In this document: piece by piece, positions 47,351 to 49,090 of the stretch
Numbering within the stretch: the stretch's first letter is position 1
Layout: each line of letters begins with the position of its first letter
Source: Bacteriovoracaceae bacterium
Lineage (GTDB): Bacteria > Bdellovibrionota > Bacteriovoracia > Bacteriovoracales > Bacteriovoracaceae
DNA length: 49,090 nucleotides
Assembly (NCBI GenBank): GCA_049599895.1
Contig: JBMYPC010000003.1
Span: forward strand, 1 to 49,090
Reading direction: 5' to 3'
The notes under the pieces: model-generated
What the model was told of the DNA's origin: nothing
The model's database searches: none
The model's input: the letters and a program-made list of their open reading frames with translations, nothing else
Made by a program: the position numbers and the translations under genes

Positions 47351-49090
47351 GTAACTGCTCAATATTGTGTTCTTTTTAAAGTGATCTCACAACCTTACCA
47401 AGATACGGTATGGCTTCTCTTCCAGAGGTTCTATCTTCTAGATATCTCCAAAAACTAAGTCTTAATTTTCGGCATGTACTTGATAATGAAAGCATTAAAT
47501 CCCAAGCTTTCACACCTGCTGTAGATCTATTTTGAAGTGAGATTTTTCTTTTGATCACTCTTTCTCGCAGGTCATTTTCACAAAGATTATTGTGCAAAGG
47601 AAGTTGAGGGTATTTTAAAAATAGTAGTAGTTTATCGACTTTCTTTCTTGTTCGCCCAAGTTGAGCATCAAGTTGTTTAACTCCTGTTTTTAATGATGTA
47701 ATTCGATCAAACTCGCTTCTAATTTTCACTCTCAAAGTGGCACTAGGATTATTTTTATAGTTTTTCATTAGCTTGTAAAAACTTCTCCAGGTATCAACTA
47801 ACTTATCAAGTGTTTCAAACTCAATCCTTTTAAAAACTTCTGAGAGTTTATAGTTGCGAATCTCATGCACCCAACAAAGCTGATGATTCTTTATTAAGTC
47901 AACAAAGTTCGTTCCATCATCTGAGACTAAAAATCTTATCGGTGGCCCATTATCGCCATTTCTTAGAGCACTAATCGCACAAGCTGTTCGTATGATATCT
48001 TTTTGAGCCTTTGTTACTTTTTCAAAAATGGGATCTTCTAGGACTTGTTCAAGATCAGTTCTTTTTAACACCTCACTTCCTTTAAGATTATTAAAAAATA
48101 CTGTTATATAAGGTTTCTTTAGCTTTTTAGCAACAAATTCAACTGCATCTTTATCAATTAAAAATTTCTGTTCTCCATAAAGCAATGCTCCAGTCGCTGC
48201 CCATCTATTTTTTTCAAAACTCGTTGTATATTGAGTAAAGTATTTATTAGACACTCCAAAAGTATAAGCATTAGCACCACTTACTTTTGCTCCTGTATCA
48301 TCAATATGCAACCTTGTGCTCCTCCTTAGTCCCGCATCTCTTGCTGACTTTAAATCTACACTGAACTCATCTTTCAAATTATTTAAGATTGAACAAACTG
48401 TTCCCGCACTCATTTCAATTCCAAAATCAAAAAGCATTTCAATGATCTTTTTGTGAGGCACTCGGTTCTTATAATATTGATAAAGGATAAAACTAACTAG
48501 CTGTGGCCCAAACTCTCTGCCTTTAAACTCTTGAGGGACTTCACCCTCATATGTTTTCTTTAATTCTTTTGAGTAATATCTCTTGATTTTAAACTTGATG
48601 TTTCTGCGCTTAATTACCATTTCTTGAACGACAATAGCGCGTGTACCAATAAACTTTGCGTCTTTAGGAAGAATATCCTGGTCTACATCAACTTCAACTT
48701 CTTCATCGACTTCTAACTCTTTCTTTTTCTCTTTTTTAGATCTTGGCTTTTTAGGTTTTGGATTGAGTTCCTTAGTATTTGCTGCTTTGATCTTAGGTTT
48801 TTTCTTTTCACCTTTTAAGCGACGGATTTCGTCCTGAAGCTGTCTATTTTTTTCTTCAAGCTCTGAGTTTTTTATCTTCTCTTCAATGGCAAGTTCGGCA
48901 GTCTCTTTCAAAGTTTCTTTGAGTTTACCCTTTTTCCAACCTTTTATAAATCCTGTCGTAAGTTTTTTTAGATCATCTAGTGCCATAAGATATCTTCACA
49001 AAAAAATCATGGATGGCCAAACAATTTAAATGACATAGGGCCGTATGAAATTATTCAGTATAACCGCTCAACAATTTATTGAGCAGTTAC
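47351..49090 (-). mobile_element. IS66-family element, single ORF (ISBst12-like), 1740 bp
   Basis: 14-bp perfect terminal inverted repeats GTAACTGCTCAATA (47351-64 / 49077-90) around the transposase. Confidence 0.92.
47376..48986 (-). CDS. IS66-family DDE transposase
   Basis: N-terminal coiled coil, HIDDTG, LVSDD, HQLCWVHE.R, NNLCENDLR..VIKRKIS. Confidence 0.92.
   Translation of the reverse strand: MALDDLKKLTTGFIKGWKKGKLKETLKETAELAIEEKIKNSELEEKNRQLQDEIRRLKGEKKKPKIKAANTKELNPKPKKPRSKKEKKKELEVDEEVEVDVDQDILPKDAKFIGTRAIVVQEMVIKRRNIKFKIKRYYSKELKKTYEGEVPQEFKGREFGPQLVSFILYQYYKNRVPHKKIIEMLFDFGIEMSAGTVCSILNNLKDEFSVDLKSARDAGLRRSTRLHIDDTGAKVSGANAYTFGVSNKYFTQYTTSFEKNRWAATGALLYGEQKFLIDKDAVEFVAKKLKKPYITVFFNNLKGSEVLKRTDLEQVLEDPIFEKVTKAQKDIIRTACAISALRNGDNGPPIRFLVSDDGTNFVDLIKNHQLCWVHEIRNYKLSEVFKRIEFETLDKLVDTWRSFYKLMKNYKNNPSATLRVKIRSEFDRITSLKTGVKQLDAQLGRTRKKVDKLLLFLKYPQLPLHNNLCENDLRERVIKRKISLQNRSTAGVKAWDLMLSLSSTCRKLRLSFWRYLEDRTSGREAIPYLGKVVRSL

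Overview
AT-rich bacterial chromosomal segment. Gene content suggests a predatory Bdellovibrionota, probably Bacteriovoracia (inference): a Bd1075/Csd6-like LD-peptidase, many secreted hydrolases, R-x-P-[AS]-S lipoproteins and a K/T/A-rich histone H1-like protein. Most of the window is housekeeping or envelope genes: ABC transporters, yciA, mgtC, tesA-ybbAP, tas, fabH, trmFO, nadE, an M16 protease pair, ald, fliL and a rhomboid. Notable items: (1) a ~400-nt intergenic region (11063-11460) made almost entirely of hairpins, with a loop-loop pairing, matching no RNA class I recognise; (2) a 1.8-kb integrase-less islet between two copies of the 3' end of a VxrB-like response-regulator gene, with a REPIN-like hairpin, a kinase-like lipoprotein and a DUF4258/DUF2283-HTH toxin-antitoxin pair; (3) a MotA/TolQ/ExbB gene paired with an ExbD-like TM-vWA gene; (4) a VxrAB/WigKR-like two-component system; (5) an LD-peptidase-bactofilin cell-shape cluster; (6) a lytic transglycosylase gene split by one in-frame TAA; (7) a single-ORF IS66-family element whose inverted repeat ends at the last base of the window. 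I saw no rRNA, tRNA or CRISPR array. All family calls come from recognising motifs by eye, not from database searches.
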